Assembly: GCA_016718565.1 (NCBI GenBank)
Contig: JADKCZ010000005.1
Coordinates: forward strand, 238,218 to 302,217
Reading direction: 5' to 3'
Length of the DNA stretch: 64,000 nucleotides
Source of the DNA: Anaeromyxobacter sp.
GTDB lineage: Bacteria > Myxococcota > Myxococcia > Myxococcales > Anaeromyxobacteraceae
In this document: piece after piece, positions 38,998 through 48,945 of the stretch
How the letters are laid out: every line of letters begins with the position of its first letter
Numbering within the stretch: the stretch's first letter is position 1
The notes under the pieces: model-generated
What the model was told of the DNA's origin: nothing
The model's database searches: none
Seen by the model: only the letters and a program-made list of their open reading frames with translations
Position numbers and translations under genes: made by a program

Positions 38998-39969
38998 ATG
39001 GTCGACGTCTACTTACCGATGATGAAGGCCGCGGCCATCATATCCGCAGGCCAGCTGCGGCTCTTCGAGGCGCTGGCCGGAGGGCCGCTGGGCGTGGCCC
39101 GCCTGGCCGAGGTCACCGGCTCGAGCGAGCTGGGCATCCGGCACCTGGCCGACTTCCTGGTGGCCGTGGGGTACCTGGTGGAGGGTCCCGAGGGGCTGTC
39201 CAACTCGCGGCGCGCGGCCCGCTGGTTCACCGGCCAGGGCGACGTGGACTACACCGCGGGCCTGCTCTGGACCGCCGAGTCCTGGGGCCTGATGGGCCAC
39301 CTGACGGCGGCGGTGCGCCAGGGCGCGCCCGAGAAGACGCTGTGGGAGTCGATGCAGGAGCGGCCCCACTGGGGCCCCATCTTCTCGAGCTACATGATGG
39401 CCTTCGCCAGGCACCTGGGGCCGGACCTGCTCGAGCGGGTGGTCCTGCCCGGGGGAGCCCGCCGGCTCCTCGACCTGGGTGGGTCCCACGGGCTCCACTC
39501 GGTCGGCTTCTGCCGGCGCTACCCGCAGCTGGAGTCGGTCATCGTCGACTTCCCCAGCGCCCTCACCCAGACCGAGGCCATGCTGGCGCGCGAGGGGCTC
39601 TCCGATCGCATCCGCGTCCAGCCGGGCAACCTGCTGGAGGGCAGCTGGGGTGACGGCTACGACGTGGTGCTCTACCTCTCGGTGGCCCACAACCAGACCG
39701 CCGAGGACAACGCCCGGGTGCTCAGGCACATCGGGGCGGTGCTGCGCCCGGGCGGCCTGCTGGTGATCCACGAGTACCTCGCCGGCGCGCCGCTCGACGT
39801 CTACGACGCGGCCTTCCGGCTCACCCTGCTGGTCGAGACCGCCACCCGCACCTACAGCCTGGAGGAGATCTCCGCCTGGCTGGCCGACGCCGGCTTCGAG
39901 CCGCCGGAGCGGACCGACCTGGCGCCGCGGGAGAAGGGCTCGCTGGTCTTCGCGCGCAGGCGGGCCTGA
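38998..39969 (+). CDS. Class I SAM-dependent O-methyltransferase (COMT/plant-type OMT family)
   Basis: RBS GAGGAG 8 nt before ATG 38998. LLDLGGSHGLHS SAM-binding motif I. Dimerisation-domain-like N-terminus. An alternative in-frame start lies at 38944. Confidence 0.8.
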   Translation: MVDVYLPMMKAAAIISAGQLRLFEALAGGPLGVARLAEVTGSSELGIRHLADFLVAVGYLVEGPEGLSNSRRAARWFTGQGDVDYTAGLLWTAESWGLMGHLTAAVRQGAPEKTLWESMQERPHWGPIFSSYMMAFARHLGPDLLERVVLPGGARRLLDLGGSHGLHSVGFCRRYPQLESVIVDFPSALTQTEAMLAREGLSDRIRVQPGNLLEGSWGDGYDVVLYLSVAHNQTAEDNARVLRHIGAVLRPGGLLVIHEYLAGAPLDVYDAAFRLTLLVETATRTYSLEEISAWLADAGFEPPERTDLAPREKGSLVFARRRA

Positions 39970-39994
39970 CGCCGCCCCGGCGCCTGGCCGGCGG

Positions 39995-40303
39995 CTACTT
40001 GATGAGCTTCAGGAAGGTCAGGGTGTCGCGGATGATGCCCATGACCACCCAGACGAAGACCGCGCCGAAGAGGAAGACCCCGAAGACCAGCAGGTTGAGG
40101 TACTGGGCCGGGATCTCGAAGTAGAGCGCCAGCGGGGAGAGCAGGTAGCAGGCGAAGAAGACCACGATGAGGGCCGTCAGCAGCCCCCACTTCTCGCCGA
40201 CCTCGCCGCCCACGATGGCCCGCTTGAGCTGGACCGCCAGGACCGCGTTGTAGCCCATCACCAGGATGGCCAGGCCCGCCAGGGCGTAGGCGACGTAGAG
40301 CAT
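39995..40303 (-). CDS. Small three-TM membrane protein
   Basis: Strongly hydrophobic 102-aa ORF with low-GC codons relative to its surroundings. Fits the gap between flanking genes. Confidence 0.55.
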   Translation of the reverse strand: MLYVAYALAGLAILVMGYNAVLAVQLKRAIVGGEVGEKWGLLTALIVVFFACYLLSPLALYFEIPAQYLNLLVFGVFLFGAVFVWVVMGIIRDTLTFLKLIK

Positions 40304-40323
40304 GTGGTTCCCCTCGTGGGTGG

Positions 40324-40962
40324 TTACGTGGCGCGCTCCAGCAGCTCGCGCATGTGGCGGCCGAGCTCCTCGGCCTTCTTCTTGCTGATGAAGAGCCGCG
40401 TCAGCCTCTCGACGTCGGCGACCGCGCCGTGGAGCGCCTTGGGCACGTTCCCGGCGGCGGCCAGCAGCTCGTGCGCCTGCGCGCCCTGCTCGCCGAGCTC
40501 GGCGGTGACCAGCGCCTGCAGCCGGTCCAGCAGGCTGGGCTCGGGCGGGCGCGCCGGCGGCGCCGCGGCCAGCGCGAGCTCCCCGGTGGTGGCCCTGGCC
40601 GGCTCGCCGCCCAGGCGCAGCCGCCGGAGCACCTGGGTGAGCGACATGGAGAGCAGCGGCGCGTTCACCTGCGGGGTGCAGAGCACCAGCAGCCAGGCCT
40701 GCTCCATGGACCGGAGGATGACGCGCCCGTCACCGAACTGGAGGTCGAGGCTGGCGTGGTCGCCGGCCAGCCACTCCTGGAAGTACCCGTCGGCCGACAG
40801 CGTGCCGGCCAGCGCCTCCAGGCCGGCGGTGTCGAACACCGGCGGGAACTCGGAGAAGGCCACGGCGCCCGCCTGGTCGAAGACCATGCTGCCCACCACG
40901 CCGGGCACGGCGGCGAGCTGGCTGAGCGCGGCGCGCTGTCCCAGGGAGGGCTCCACGGTCAC
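40324..40962 (-). CDS. Roadblock/LC7 (MglB-like) domain protein
   Basis: GTG start overlaps the upstream TGA (GTGA) and is preceded by GGGGAGG. LSQLAAVPGVVGSMVFDQAG is a roadblock signature. Confidence 0.7.
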   Translation of the reverse strand: MTVEPSLGQRAALSQLAAVPGVVGSMVFDQAGAVAFSEFPPVFDTAGLEALAGTLSADGYFQEWLAGDHASLDLQFGDGRVILRSMEQAWLLVLCTPQVNAPLLSMSLTQVLRRLRLGGEPARATTGELALAAAPPARPPEPSLLDRLQALVTAELGEQGAQAHELLAAAGNVPKALHGAVADVERLTRLFISKKKAEELGRHMRELLERAT

Positions 40963-41690
40963 CTCCCCGCCGGGCGCGTCAGCAGCCCGCGCACCTGCAC
41001 CGCGATGGGCTCCATGGCGACCCCCGGACCGCCCGCCACGCCCAGGTAGTTGCCGTTGCTGTGCACCACCAGGAACGCCTCGCGGGCGCCCTGCAGGGTG
41101 GCCACCACCAGCGCGCCCAGCCCGAAGGCCGCCCCGACCGCGCCGGCGTGGTTCAGCGCCAGGTACAGCCCCTTGGCGGCCAGCTCCTCGGCCGCGGGCC
41201 CCTCGCCGGGCGCCGTGCGCCCGTCGCTCCCGAAGCGCACCGCGCGGGCCACGCCCTGGATGGCCCGGACCCGGTCCACCGTGCTGGGCACGGCCCGCTC
41301 CCGCGCCGCCGGGCCGATGGGCGGCGGCGTCAGGGCCGGCGCCGGCTGGCGGCGCTGCTCGTCCAGCACCCGGTGGGTGTCGAGCAGCAGGTGGCTGAGC
41401 CGCTTGGTGATGGTCCGCTTGAGGGTGGTGGTGTTGGGGAAGGGCTCGAAGGCGCCGTCGGGCCAGCCGAGGATGACGCCCACGGCCTGCTCGCCCACCA
41501 CCTGGCCGGCCTCGGCGTGCACCACCTCGCCGGCCTCGAAGTAGAGGTGCCCCACCTGGCCGTGGAAGGTGACCGCCACCAGGCCGGAGAAGTGGTTGAG
41601 CGACCAGACCTGGAGCAGGTCCACCAGCGGCAGGCCGCCGGTGGCGCCGCTGAAGCCGGCGCCGGCTGGACTCTCGGAGCGATTGGTCAT
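40959..41690 (-). CDS. DUF4388 (PATAN-like) plus Roadblock/LC7 domain protein
   Basis: RBS GGAGGAGA precedes the ATG (complement 41688-41690). GGLPLVDLLQVWSLNHFSGLV is a DUF4388 signature. The C-terminal half (AAKGLYLALNHAGAVGAAFG...LVVHSNGNYLGV) is roadblock-like. Confidence 0.65.
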   Translation of the reverse strand: MTNRSESPAGAGFSGATGGLPLVDLLQVWSLNHFSGLVAVTFHGQVGHLYFEAGEVVHAEAGQVVGEQAVGVILGWPDGAFEPFPNTTTLKRTITKRLSHLLLDTHRVLDEQRRQPAPALTPPPIGPAARERAVPSTVDRVRAIQGVARAVRFGSDGRTAPGEGPAAEELAAKGLYLALNHAGAVGAAFGLGALVVATLQGAREAFLVVHSNGNYLGVAGGPGVAMEPIAVQVRGLLTRPAGR

Positions 41691-42075
41691 GGTCTCCTCC
41701 GCGCTGCCCGCGTCGGACCTCCGGGGGCATGCACCGGTCCGGCCCGATGGGCCACCAGCGGCCCTCATACACACGGTCCAGGAGGCTCGCAAGGAAAGGG
41801 CACCCGGGCCAGCCCACGATCGAGTGTGTAGGCACAGGAGGAGGCGGGTGAGGATGCTGGGTAGGGGCGTGTGCGGCGAGGCCCTGGTGACCGCTCGCGC
41901 CCGGGCGGCGCCGGCCCGGCGTGGGGGTGGCCCAGGCTGCTCCGTACCGCGAGCACGGGACGGCGTGAGGGTGGCGGGTGCGACCGACGCTCGGTGGCGC
42001 TCCCCTGCGGCCGCGCTGCCACTTCACCGCCGCCATGTGGTCGGCTAGCCTCCGCCGCGGAGGAGGTCCACGCGC

Positions 42076-45012
42076 ATGCCCGCCGCACGGAGTGACGGCC
42101 AGCCACGGCAGGTCCCGATGCGCCCGCGGGCAGGCACGCCCCGGCGGCGCGCGGCCGACCTGCTGGCCCTGGCCTGGCTCGCCGGGCTGGCGGCCTGTGG
42201 CGCCTCCGGCCCGGCCGAGGTGGCGCCGGCGCCCAGCATCTCCTCCTTCGCCGCGGCCCGGTCACCGCTCACCGCCGGGGAGGCCACCACCCTCACGGCC
42301 GTGTTCGCTGGTGGCACCGGCCGCGTGGACCCGGGCGTGGGGCCGATCGAGAGCGGTGTCCCGGCCGGCACCGGCGCGCTGGCCGAAGACACCACCTTCA
42401 CGCTCTCGGTGGGCGGCGAGGGCGGCACCGCCGAGCGGACGGTGCGGGTGGTGGTGGTCGCCGCGCCGGTCGTGCCGGTGGTCACCGCGCCCGCCCTGCT
42501 GACGGCCGGCGCGGCCGGCGCGGCGTCGGTGCCACCCCAGGACGGCGTGACCTTCGAGTGGACCATCACCGGGGGCACCTTCCCGGGCGGGCGCAGCGCC
42601 ACCACCGGCGCCTCGACCACCTTCACCGCCGGGGGACCAGGCGTCCTCCACCTGGCCTGCACCGCCACCAACTCCGCCGGAGCCACCTCCGCGCCCGGGG
42701 CGCGGGACGTGACCCTGGTGGCCCCCCCGGCCATCGCCTCCTTCGCGGCGGCGCGCTCGCCGCTCACCGCGGGCGGCGCCACCTCCCTCACCGCCACCTT
42801 CAGCGGCGGCGCGGGCGCCGTGGACCACGGCCTGGGCCCCGTGACCAGCGGCGTGGCCATGCCCACCGGCACCCTCGCCGGCACCACCACCTTCACCCTC
42901 ACCGTCACCAACGCCGCCGGCGACTCCGTCACCGCCCAGGCCACCGTGCTGGTGGTGGCCCCCCCGGCCATCGCCTCCTTCGCGGCGGCGCGCTCGCCGC
43001 TCACCGCCGGCGGCGCCACCTCCCTCACCGCCACCTTCAGCGACGGCGCGGGCGTCGTGGACCACGGCCTGGGCCCCGTGGCGAGCGGCGTGGCCATGCC
43101 CACCGGCACCCTCGCCGGCACCGCCACCTTCACCCTCACCGTCACCAACGCCGCCGGCGACTCCGTCACCGCCCAGGCCACCGTGCTGGTGGTGGCCCCC
43201 CCGGCCATCGCCTCCTTCGCGGCGGCGCGCTCGCCGCTCACCGCCGGCGGCGCCACCTCCCTCACCGCCACCTTCAGCGGCGGCGCGGGCGCCGTGGACC
43301 ACGGCCTGGGCCCCGTGACCAGCGGCGTGGCCATGCCCACGCCCCTCATCGGCGAGGACACCACCTTCACCCTCACCGTCACCAACGCCGCCGGCGACTC
43401 GGTCACCGCCCAGGCCACCGTGCTGGTGGTGTCCCCCCCGGCCATCGCCTCCTTCGCGGCGGCGCGCTCGCCGCTCACCGCGGGCGGCGCCACCTCCCTC
43501 ACCGCCACCTTCAGCGGCGGCGCGGGCGTCGTGGACCACGGCCTGGGCCCCGTGACCAGCGGCGTGGCCATGCCCACCGGCGTCCTCGCCGCCACCACCA
43601 CCTTCACCCTCACCGTCACCAACGCCGCCGGCGACTCCGTCACCGCCACGGCCGCGGTGCAGGTGGTCCCGCCGCCGGTGATCTTCCGGTTCGCCGCCAC
43701 CCACGCCGCGCTCCCGGAGGGGAGCGCCACCACCCTCACGGCCACCTTCGCCGGCGGCGCGGGGGCGGTGGACCAGGGGCTCGGCGCCGTCCTGAGCGGC
43801 GTCCAGGTGCCCACCGGGGACCTGGCGCAGTCCACCAGCTACACGCTCACCGTGACCAACGCGGCCGGCGACTCGGTCACCTCCACCGCCACCGTCGCCC
43901 TGCTCCCCGCCACCAGCGTCATCACCTTCACCACCGAGGGCGAGACCTTCGCGCCGGTGCTGGTGGTGGAGGGCTCGCCGGACATCCTCTGGACCTTCGC
44001 CGACGGCACCACCAGCACCTCCCGGTCGCCCACCAAGTCCTACGGCTCGGCGGCCTCCAGGCCCACCACCCTGCGGGTGACGCCCTGGAGGGCGCTGCGG
44101 CGCATCAACCTGGGCTACGACGCCAGCGACGGCGGCTCCCCTGCCATCGAGCAGGTGCCGGACCAGCACGTCTCGGCGGTCGCGGGGCTGGAGGTGGTGG
44201 CGCCCACCCTGGCCCAGTGGTGCTCCTCCTACAACCAGCTCACCGCGCTGGACTTCGGAGACTTCACCAACCTCGACACCATCGAGTGCTACCACTCGGC
44301 GACCCTCACCAGCGTGCGACTGGTCAACACGCCGCGCCTGAGCCGGGCCTGCTTCGAGGACTGCCACCTCGCCGCCCTGGACGTCTCGGAGAGCCCCCAT
44401 CTGGCGGACCTGCGCGGCGCCCTGAACGCCTTCCCCACGGTGGACTTCGGCGGCGTCCGCTTCGCCGAGGCCTGGCACATCTGCATCCGCGAGAACCCCC
44501 AGCTCACCAGCCGGTCGCTGTTCGCCGCCGCCGACCAGTTCCCCGCCATGGCGGAGCTCTGGATCTGGGAGACCCACCAGGCCGGGGCGCTGCGGCTCGG
44601 CTCCACCCACCCCACCCTGGACGTGAGCATCCTGGCCGCCACCAACCAGTACGACTCCCTGCTCCTGGCCGGCGCGCTGCAGAACCCCGGCGCCCGGGGG
44701 GTGGTCAACCTGCGGCGCAACCTGCTCACCCGGGTGGACCTGACCGGCTGCGTCCAGCTCACCGAGCTCTACCTGGCCGACAACCTGCTCGGCGAGGCCG
44801 AGGCGGACGGCATCCTGGCCACCCTGGACTCCCTGGGGCGGGCGCGCCTCGGCGCCAGCGATCTCACGACCCTGGAGGTGGACCTCACCGGCAACGCCAG
44901 CCCCAGCGCCGCGGGCCGCGCCAGCGCGGTCCGCCTGGCGTCCAGGGGTTGGACCGTCCGGACCCGCACCTGGACCGAGACGCCGCCGGCCGCGGCCGGC
45001 CCCACCCCCTGA
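42076..45012 (+). CDS. Surface lipoprotein with about 7 tandem Ig-like ~80-aa repeats and a C-terminal leucine-rich-repeat (LRR) domain
   Basis: RBS AGGAGG. Lipobox LAACGAS. Repeat unit VAPPAIASFAAARSPLTAGGATSLTATFSGGAGAVDHGLGPVTSGVAMPTGTLAGTTTFTLTVTNAAGDSVTAQATVLV. C-terminal LxxLxLxxN-type repeats (LTALDFGDFTNLDTIECYHS..., LTRVDLTGCVQLTELYLADNLL). Confidence 0.7.
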   Translation: MPAARSDGQPRQVPMRPRAGTPRRRAADLLALAWLAGLAACGASGPAEVAPAPSISSFAAARSPLTAGEATTLTAVFAGGTGRVDPGVGPIESGVPAGTGALAEDTTFTLSVGGEGGTAERTVRVVVVAAPVVPVVTAPALLTAGAAGAASVPPQDGVTFEWTITGGTFPGGRSATTGASTTFTAGGPGVLHLACTATNSAGATSAPGARDVTLVAPPAIASFAAARSPLTAGGATSLTATFSGGAGAVDHGLGPVTSGVAMPTGTLAGTTTFTLTVTNAAGDSVTAQATVLVVAPPAIASFAAARSPLTAGGATSLTATFSDGAGVVDHGLGPVASGVAMPTGTLAGTATFTLTVTNAAGDSVTAQATVLVVAPPAIASFAAARSPLTAGGATSLTATFSGGAGAVDHGLGPVTSGVAMPTPLIGEDTTFTLTVTNAAGDSVTAQATVLVVSPPAIASFAAARSPLTAGGATSLTATFSGGAGVVDHGLGPVTSGVAMPTGVLAATTTFTLTVTNAAGDSVTATAAVQVVPPPVIFRFAATHAALPEGSATTLTATFAGGAGAVDQGLGAVLSGVQVPTGDLAQSTSYTLTVTNAAGDSVTSTATVALLPATSVITFTTEGETFAPVLVVEGSPDILWTFADGTTSTSRSPTKSYGSAASRPTTLRVTPWRALRRINLGYDASDGGSPAIEQVPDQHVSAVAGLEVVAPTLAQWCSSYNQLTALDFGDFTNLDTIECYHSATLTSVRLVNTPRLSRACFEDCHLAALDVSESPHLADLRGALNAFPTVDFGGVRFAEAWHICIRENPQLTSRSLFAAADQFPAMAELWIWETHQAGALRLGSTHPTLDVSILAATNQYDSLLLAGALQNPGARGVVNLRRNLLTRVDLTGCVQLTELYLADNLLGEAEADGILATLDSLGRARLGASDLTTLEVDLTGNASPSAAGRASAVRLASRGWTVRTRTWTETPPAAAGPTP
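42718..43677 (+). repeat. Four near-identical direct 240-bp tandem repeats inside the Ig/LRR lipoprotein gene, flanked by more diverged copies
   Basis: Units start near 42718, 42958, 43198 and 43438, each gcccccccggccatcgcctccttcgcggcggcgcgctcgccgctcaccgc..., with only a few substitutions per unit. Confidence 0.8.
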
Positions 45013-45079
45013 GGCCTGGGCCGGAGGCCGGGCCTCGGCCCGGCCCTGGCCCGCTCGTGACCACGCCCTGGCCAGGCGC

Positions 45080-45988
45080 TCACGGGCCGAGGGGCGCGGC
45101 CCTCGGCGCGGCTGGCGCGGCGCGAGCCGGCGGGCCGGCCAGCGGCGCCAGGCGGAGCCGCTCCTGCGCGATCCGGTCGAGCAGCGCCGCCAGCCGGAGG
45201 CCGGCCTTGACGAGGGCGGCCTCGGCGCGCGCCCGCTGGCGGGACGCGTAGTCCGCCGGCACCAGGAGCCGCTCGGTCCTGGTCGGCGTGGCGCCCAGCT
45301 CCTGGTAGACGGCGCGGGCCAGCCGGTTCGATTCGCCCGCCCAGTCCGCCGGCGAGCGGTCGGCCGTCCAGGCCCGGCGCGAGGCCTCGTCGAGGGCGGC
45401 GTCGAGCGCCGCGGCGGCCTCCGTCGGCGACCGCCCCGCCAGGATGGGCCAGACCACCACCGCGTCCCAGACCACGTGCAGGTTGGTGTCGAAGGGTGGG
45501 CTGCCGGCCCTGGCCGGGAGGCGCACGCCGCCCAGGTTGCCCTGGCGCCACCCCTGCGCAGCGTGCAGCGGCTGGTGCAGGTCGCCCACCACGTGGACCA
45601 GCCACCGCAGCGCCTCGAGGCGACGCCCCGGGTCGTCGTCGCGCGCCAGCACCTCGGCCGCCCGCTCGATGCAGGCCACGGCGCACAGCCCCCCCGGGCA
45701 GTCGCGCGCCGCGTCGTAGCGCCCGGCCTCGAAGGGGATGTCCACCCAGTGGTTGGGCGCGTTGGCCCGCGTCCGGTGGTCGTCGGCCCAGACCGCCACC
45801 TCGTGGTCCGAGAGGTGCCCGTCGCCCAGCAGCTCGCGCACCAGGGCGCTGGCCTCTGGCCCGAGCCGCCGCTCGGCCAGCGCCCCGACCAGCTCGTGCC
45901 CCTCGTCGTTCCAGGCCCGCGCCGGGCCGGGGCCGAGCTGGGCGGCCAGCGCGAGGAGCGGCAGGAGGCGGCGCACGGGCCGGATCAT
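45080..45988 (-). CDS. S1/P1-family nuclease, secreted
   Basis: Signal peptide, then AWNDEGHELV (N-terminal Trp/His Zn ligands), HVVGDLHQPLH and NLHVVWD motifs. Confidence 0.8.
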   Translation of the reverse strand: MIRPVRRLLPLLALAAQLGPGPARAWNDEGHELVGALAERRLGPEASALVRELLGDGHLSDHEVAVWADDHRTRANAPNHWVDIPFEAGRYDAARDCPGGLCAVACIERAAEVLARDDDPGRRLEALRWLVHVVGDLHQPLHAAQGWRQGNLGGVRLPARAGSPPFDTNLHVVWDAVVVWPILAGRSPTEAAAALDAALDEASRRAWTADRSPADWAGESNRLARAVYQELGATPTRTERLLVPADYASRQRARAEAALVKAGLRLAALLDRIAQERLRLAPLAGPPARAAPAAPRAAPLGP

Positions 45989-46103
45989 AGCGCCCGCGCC
46001 GCCGCCGGGCCGCGCGGCGGGTTCGGCGCGCCGCGGCGAGGGCCCTCCGCCCGCCTGCGCCGGATCAAGGCGCACCGGGAGTCCGGCCTGCTAGGGTGCC
46101 CGG

Positions 46104-46970
46104 ATGCGCTCGCTCCCGCTCCTCGTCCTGCTGGCCACCGGCTGCGCCGCCCCCGGGTTCGTGGGCCAGGTGGGCCGCGTCACCCCGGTGAAGGACGTGC
46201 GGCTCGGCCTCGGCGCCGGGTACCAGGTCAACACCTCGGCGGCGGCGGTGGTGCTGGACGGCCGCGACCTGGCCAGGCAGCTCTCCGGGAAGTCGGTGGC
46301 CTGCCCCGATCTCGCCGCCCAGGACTGCTGGACCCTGGCGGACGTCCGGCCGGTGGTCCGCGCCGGGATGCGCTTCGCCCTGGCGGCGCCGCTCTCCGCC
46401 AACACCTCGCTGTCGGGCCGCTACGGCTACGCCGACGGCCTCGACGTCGGGCTGCGCTTCGGCCCCGACAACAAGGGGCTCGACCTCGGCTGGCAGGCCT
46501 TCGGCCCGCGCGACGCCGCCGTGGAGGGGTGGGCCGGCTCGCTCTTCGCCGGCTGGACCAAGCGCGACATGGGCACCCTCGGCGCCATCATCGAGGACGT
46601 CCTGCAGGGGAGCGCCTCGCTCGACGACTACTCGCTCACCTTCGTGGCCGGCCGCCAGTTCCGCCAGGTGGCCCACGTCTACCTGGGCGGCCGGTACATC
46701 TACTCCCGCTGGAAGGTGCAGGTGCTGCCCGACCTGCCGATCGTCTACGACGGGGCCGCGTCGCAGCGGGCCCTGCTCGGCACCGACCCGTCGGGGAGCC
46801 TCCACCACGTGGGCGCGGTCCTCGGCGCGGCGGTGGGCTGGCGCAGCGTCTTCCTGGGCGCGGAGCTGAACCTCCTGCAGACCTTCGGCCGGGCCGAGGT
46901 GCTCTTCGAGGAGGTGAGCCTGTCCGGCTTCGGGGTCATGCCCGCCGTCTACCTGTACGGGCAGTTCTGA
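46104..46970 (+). CDS. Outer-membrane lipoprotein / beta-barrel protein of unknown function
   Basis: Lipobox LLATGCAAP. Amphipathic beta-strand pattern. C-terminal aromatic residue ...YLYGQF. Confidence 0.6.
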   Translation: MRSLPLLVLLATGCAAPGFVGQVGRVTPVKDVRLGLGAGYQVNTSAAAVVLDGRDLARQLSGKSVACPDLAAQDCWTLADVRPVVRAGMRFALAAPLSANTSLSGRYGYADGLDVGLRFGPDNKGLDLGWQAFGPRDAAVEGWAGSLFAGWTKRDMGTLGAIIEDVLQGSASLDDYSLTFVAGRQFRQVAHVYLGGRYIYSRWKVQVLPDLPIVYDGAASQRALLGTDPSGSLHHVGAVLGAAVGWRSVFLGAELNLLQTFGRAEVLFEEVSLSGFGVMPAVYLYGQF

Positions 46971-47004
46971 GCGCCCGCCCGCCCCGCGGACCGCCCCGGA
47001 GCGG

Positions 47005-47946
47005 CTACCCGCGCACCAGCGAGGCCAGCTTGGACACGTCCACCGTGCGGGCCTGCTCCTGGATGGCCCCGGTGTAGCGCTGCTGCAGGGCCCGCCCGTC
47101 GGCCAGGGTGGCCTGGAAGGCCTGGCGCACCGCGTCCGCGGTCAGGGTGCGGCCGCTGGCGTAGTAGCGCTTCGCCACCTGGCCCAGCGCGTAGGTGGAG
47201 GCGAAGGAGACCGCCGAGCCGGTGGCCGCGCCGGCCAGCCCGCCGAGCAGCCCGCCGGCCAGCCGGCCCAGCAGCCCACCCACCAGCTTGCGCCCCACCT
47301 GCTCGACGTACTGCGACGCCAGCCCCACGCCGGCGGTGGCCAGGAAGTCCTTCACGTGGCCGGCGTCGAGCTCGTAGCCGTGGGCCTGGCCGAGCCGGTA
47401 CACCAGCCGCATCTGCAGCGGGATGATGGCCAGGGTGGCCAGCGACTGCGGCAGGAGCTCCAGCGCCCCGTTGAGGATGGCGGCGTCGAGGATGGTCTTG
47501 TCGAGCGCGGCGCCGTCCGGCGCCGCCCGCCCGGCCGGCCCGGCGGCGGGGCCCGCCCGCGGCCCGAGCGGCGCCGACACCAGCGCCCCGGCCTCGCGCC
47601 GGTAGGCCGCGGCCGCCGCGGCGTCCAGCCCGAGGGCGTCGCGCAGCCGCTCCAGGAAGCGCGCCTCGGCCTCGCCGTGGGCGCCGTCGGCGTCGCAGAC
47701 GCCCACCGCCAGCTCGAAGGCCGCCTGCCTGCCCTCCGGCGAGGTCAGCGTAGCGGCCACGATGGTGGGCGTGAGGCGCCCGGTCCGGATCTCCTCCACC
47801 AGCGCGTCCAGCCGGTCGGCCGCCTCTGGGGCGAGCGAGCTGGCGATGCGCCGGAGCTCGGCCTGCTCGCGGGCGTCCTGCGCGCCGTCGGCGAGCGCGG
47901 CCATGAGGGCGATGGCGAGGGTGGCTTCCCGTTCCTGGCTGGTCAT
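47005..47946 (-). CDS. TerB-like (tellurite-resistance TerB/DUF533-type) N-terminal domain protein with a Gly-rich C-terminal membrane-associated domain
   Basis: The first Met is MTSQEREATLAIALMAALADGAQDAREQAELRRIAS... (TerB-like). The C-terminal half is GLLGRLAGGLLGGLAGAATG. The rest of the 1592-aa six-frame ORF is antisense to ppdK. Confidence 0.65.
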   Translation of the reverse strand: MTSQEREATLAIALMAALADGAQDAREQAELRRIASSLAPEAADRLDALVEEIRTGRLTPTIVAATLTSPEGRQAAFELAVGVCDADGAHGEAEARFLERLRDALGLDAAAAAAYRREAGALVSAPLGPRAGPAAGPAGRAAPDGAALDKTILDAAILNGALELLPQSLATLAIIPLQMRLVYRLGQAHGYELDAGHVKDFLATAGVGLASQYVEQVGRKLVGGLLGRLAGGLLGGLAGAATGSAVSFASTYALGQVAKRYYASGRTLTADAVRQAFQATLADGRALQQRYTGAIQEQARTVDVSKLASLVRG

Positions 47947-48096
47947 GTCCGGAGCATAGGCGCAACCCCCGGCCCGCCGCCCGACCCGGCCCCGACTGGC
48001 ACGCCGCGCCGGCCCACCCCGATGGCGGGAGGTGCTACCATCGTCGCCCTCGATCGCGGAGACTGGCCCCTCATCCCGCAGCCGGCCCCCTGACCA

Positions 48097-48945
48097 GTGC
48101 CCACCAGCCTCGACTTCCCGACGCTGTCGCTCTCCACCTCGGTGCTGGTGCTGGCGCTGGCGGCCGCCATGCTCTACGTGAGGGCCACGCGGCGCACCTA
48201 CCCCGGCTTCGACCACTGGGTGGCCGGGGCCCTCTTCGCCGGCCTGGCCTCGCTGCTCGGCGTGTTCCGCGGCGAGCTGCCGTCCCTGGTCAGCGCGGTG
48301 ATCGGCAACACGCTGGCCAGCCTGGGCATCGCCCTGGTGGCCTCGGGGCTGGAGCGCTTCCTGGAGCGACCTGGCCGGTCCTGGCCGCAGCTGCTGGGGG
48401 TGGGCGCCACCCTCGCCACCTCCGTGGCCTTCACCTGGTGGTGGCCGTCGCTGCGGGCCCGGGTCGCCACGGGTGAGGCCATCTACCTGGTGCAGGTGAG
48501 CCACTGCCTCTGGCTGGTGGCGCGCGGCATCGCCCCGGCCCTGGGAGGGCGCAACCGGCTGCTCGAGCTGGTGCTGGGCCTGCAGGCCGGCTGGGGGGCG
48601 GTGCGCGTGGCGCTGGTGACGCTGGGCGACGGCAGCTTGGGCCCGCTGCTCGACGGCGACTTCGCCCGCGACCTCACCTTCCTCCTCTACCCCACCACCA
48701 CCGCGGTGCTCACCTTCGGGCTGACCGTCCTCGACCTGCAGCGCGTCGAGGCCGACCTGCGCGCCTCGGTGGAGGAGGTGCGCACGCTGCGCGGCATCAT
48801 CCCCATCTGCGCCACCTGCAAGAAGGTGCGGGAGGGGGCCGACTGGACCCGCATCGACGCCTACGTGCAGCAGCACACCGAGGCCCAGTTCAGCCACGGC
48901 ATCTGCCCGGAGTGCCTGGACCAGCTCTACCCGGGCGGCATCTGA
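48097..48945 (+). CDS. Polytopic membrane sensor-like protein ending in a Cys-rich CxxC...HGICPEC motif
   Basis: About 7 TM helices. The C-terminus is GIIPICATCKKVREGADWTRIDAYVQQHTEAQFSHGICPECLDQLYPGGI. Confidence 0.55.
   Translation: MPTSLDFPTLSLSTSVLVLALAAAMLYVRATRRTYPGFDHWVAGALFAGLASLLGVFRGELPSLVSAVIGNTLASLGIALVASGLERFLERPGRSWPQLLGVGATLATSVAFTWWWPSLRARVATGEAIYLVQVSHCLWLVARGIAPALGGRNRLLELVLGLQAGWGAVRVALVTLGDGSLGPLLDGDFARDLTFLLYPTTTAVLTFGLTVLDLQRVEADLRASVEEVRTLRGIIPICATCKKVREGADWTRIDAYVQQHTEAQFSHGICPECLDQLYPGGI

Noticed and set aside
45310-45330. tRNA T-arm-like GGTTCGATTCG
   Set aside because: It lies inside the S1/P1 nuclease coding sequence and has no cloverleaf context.
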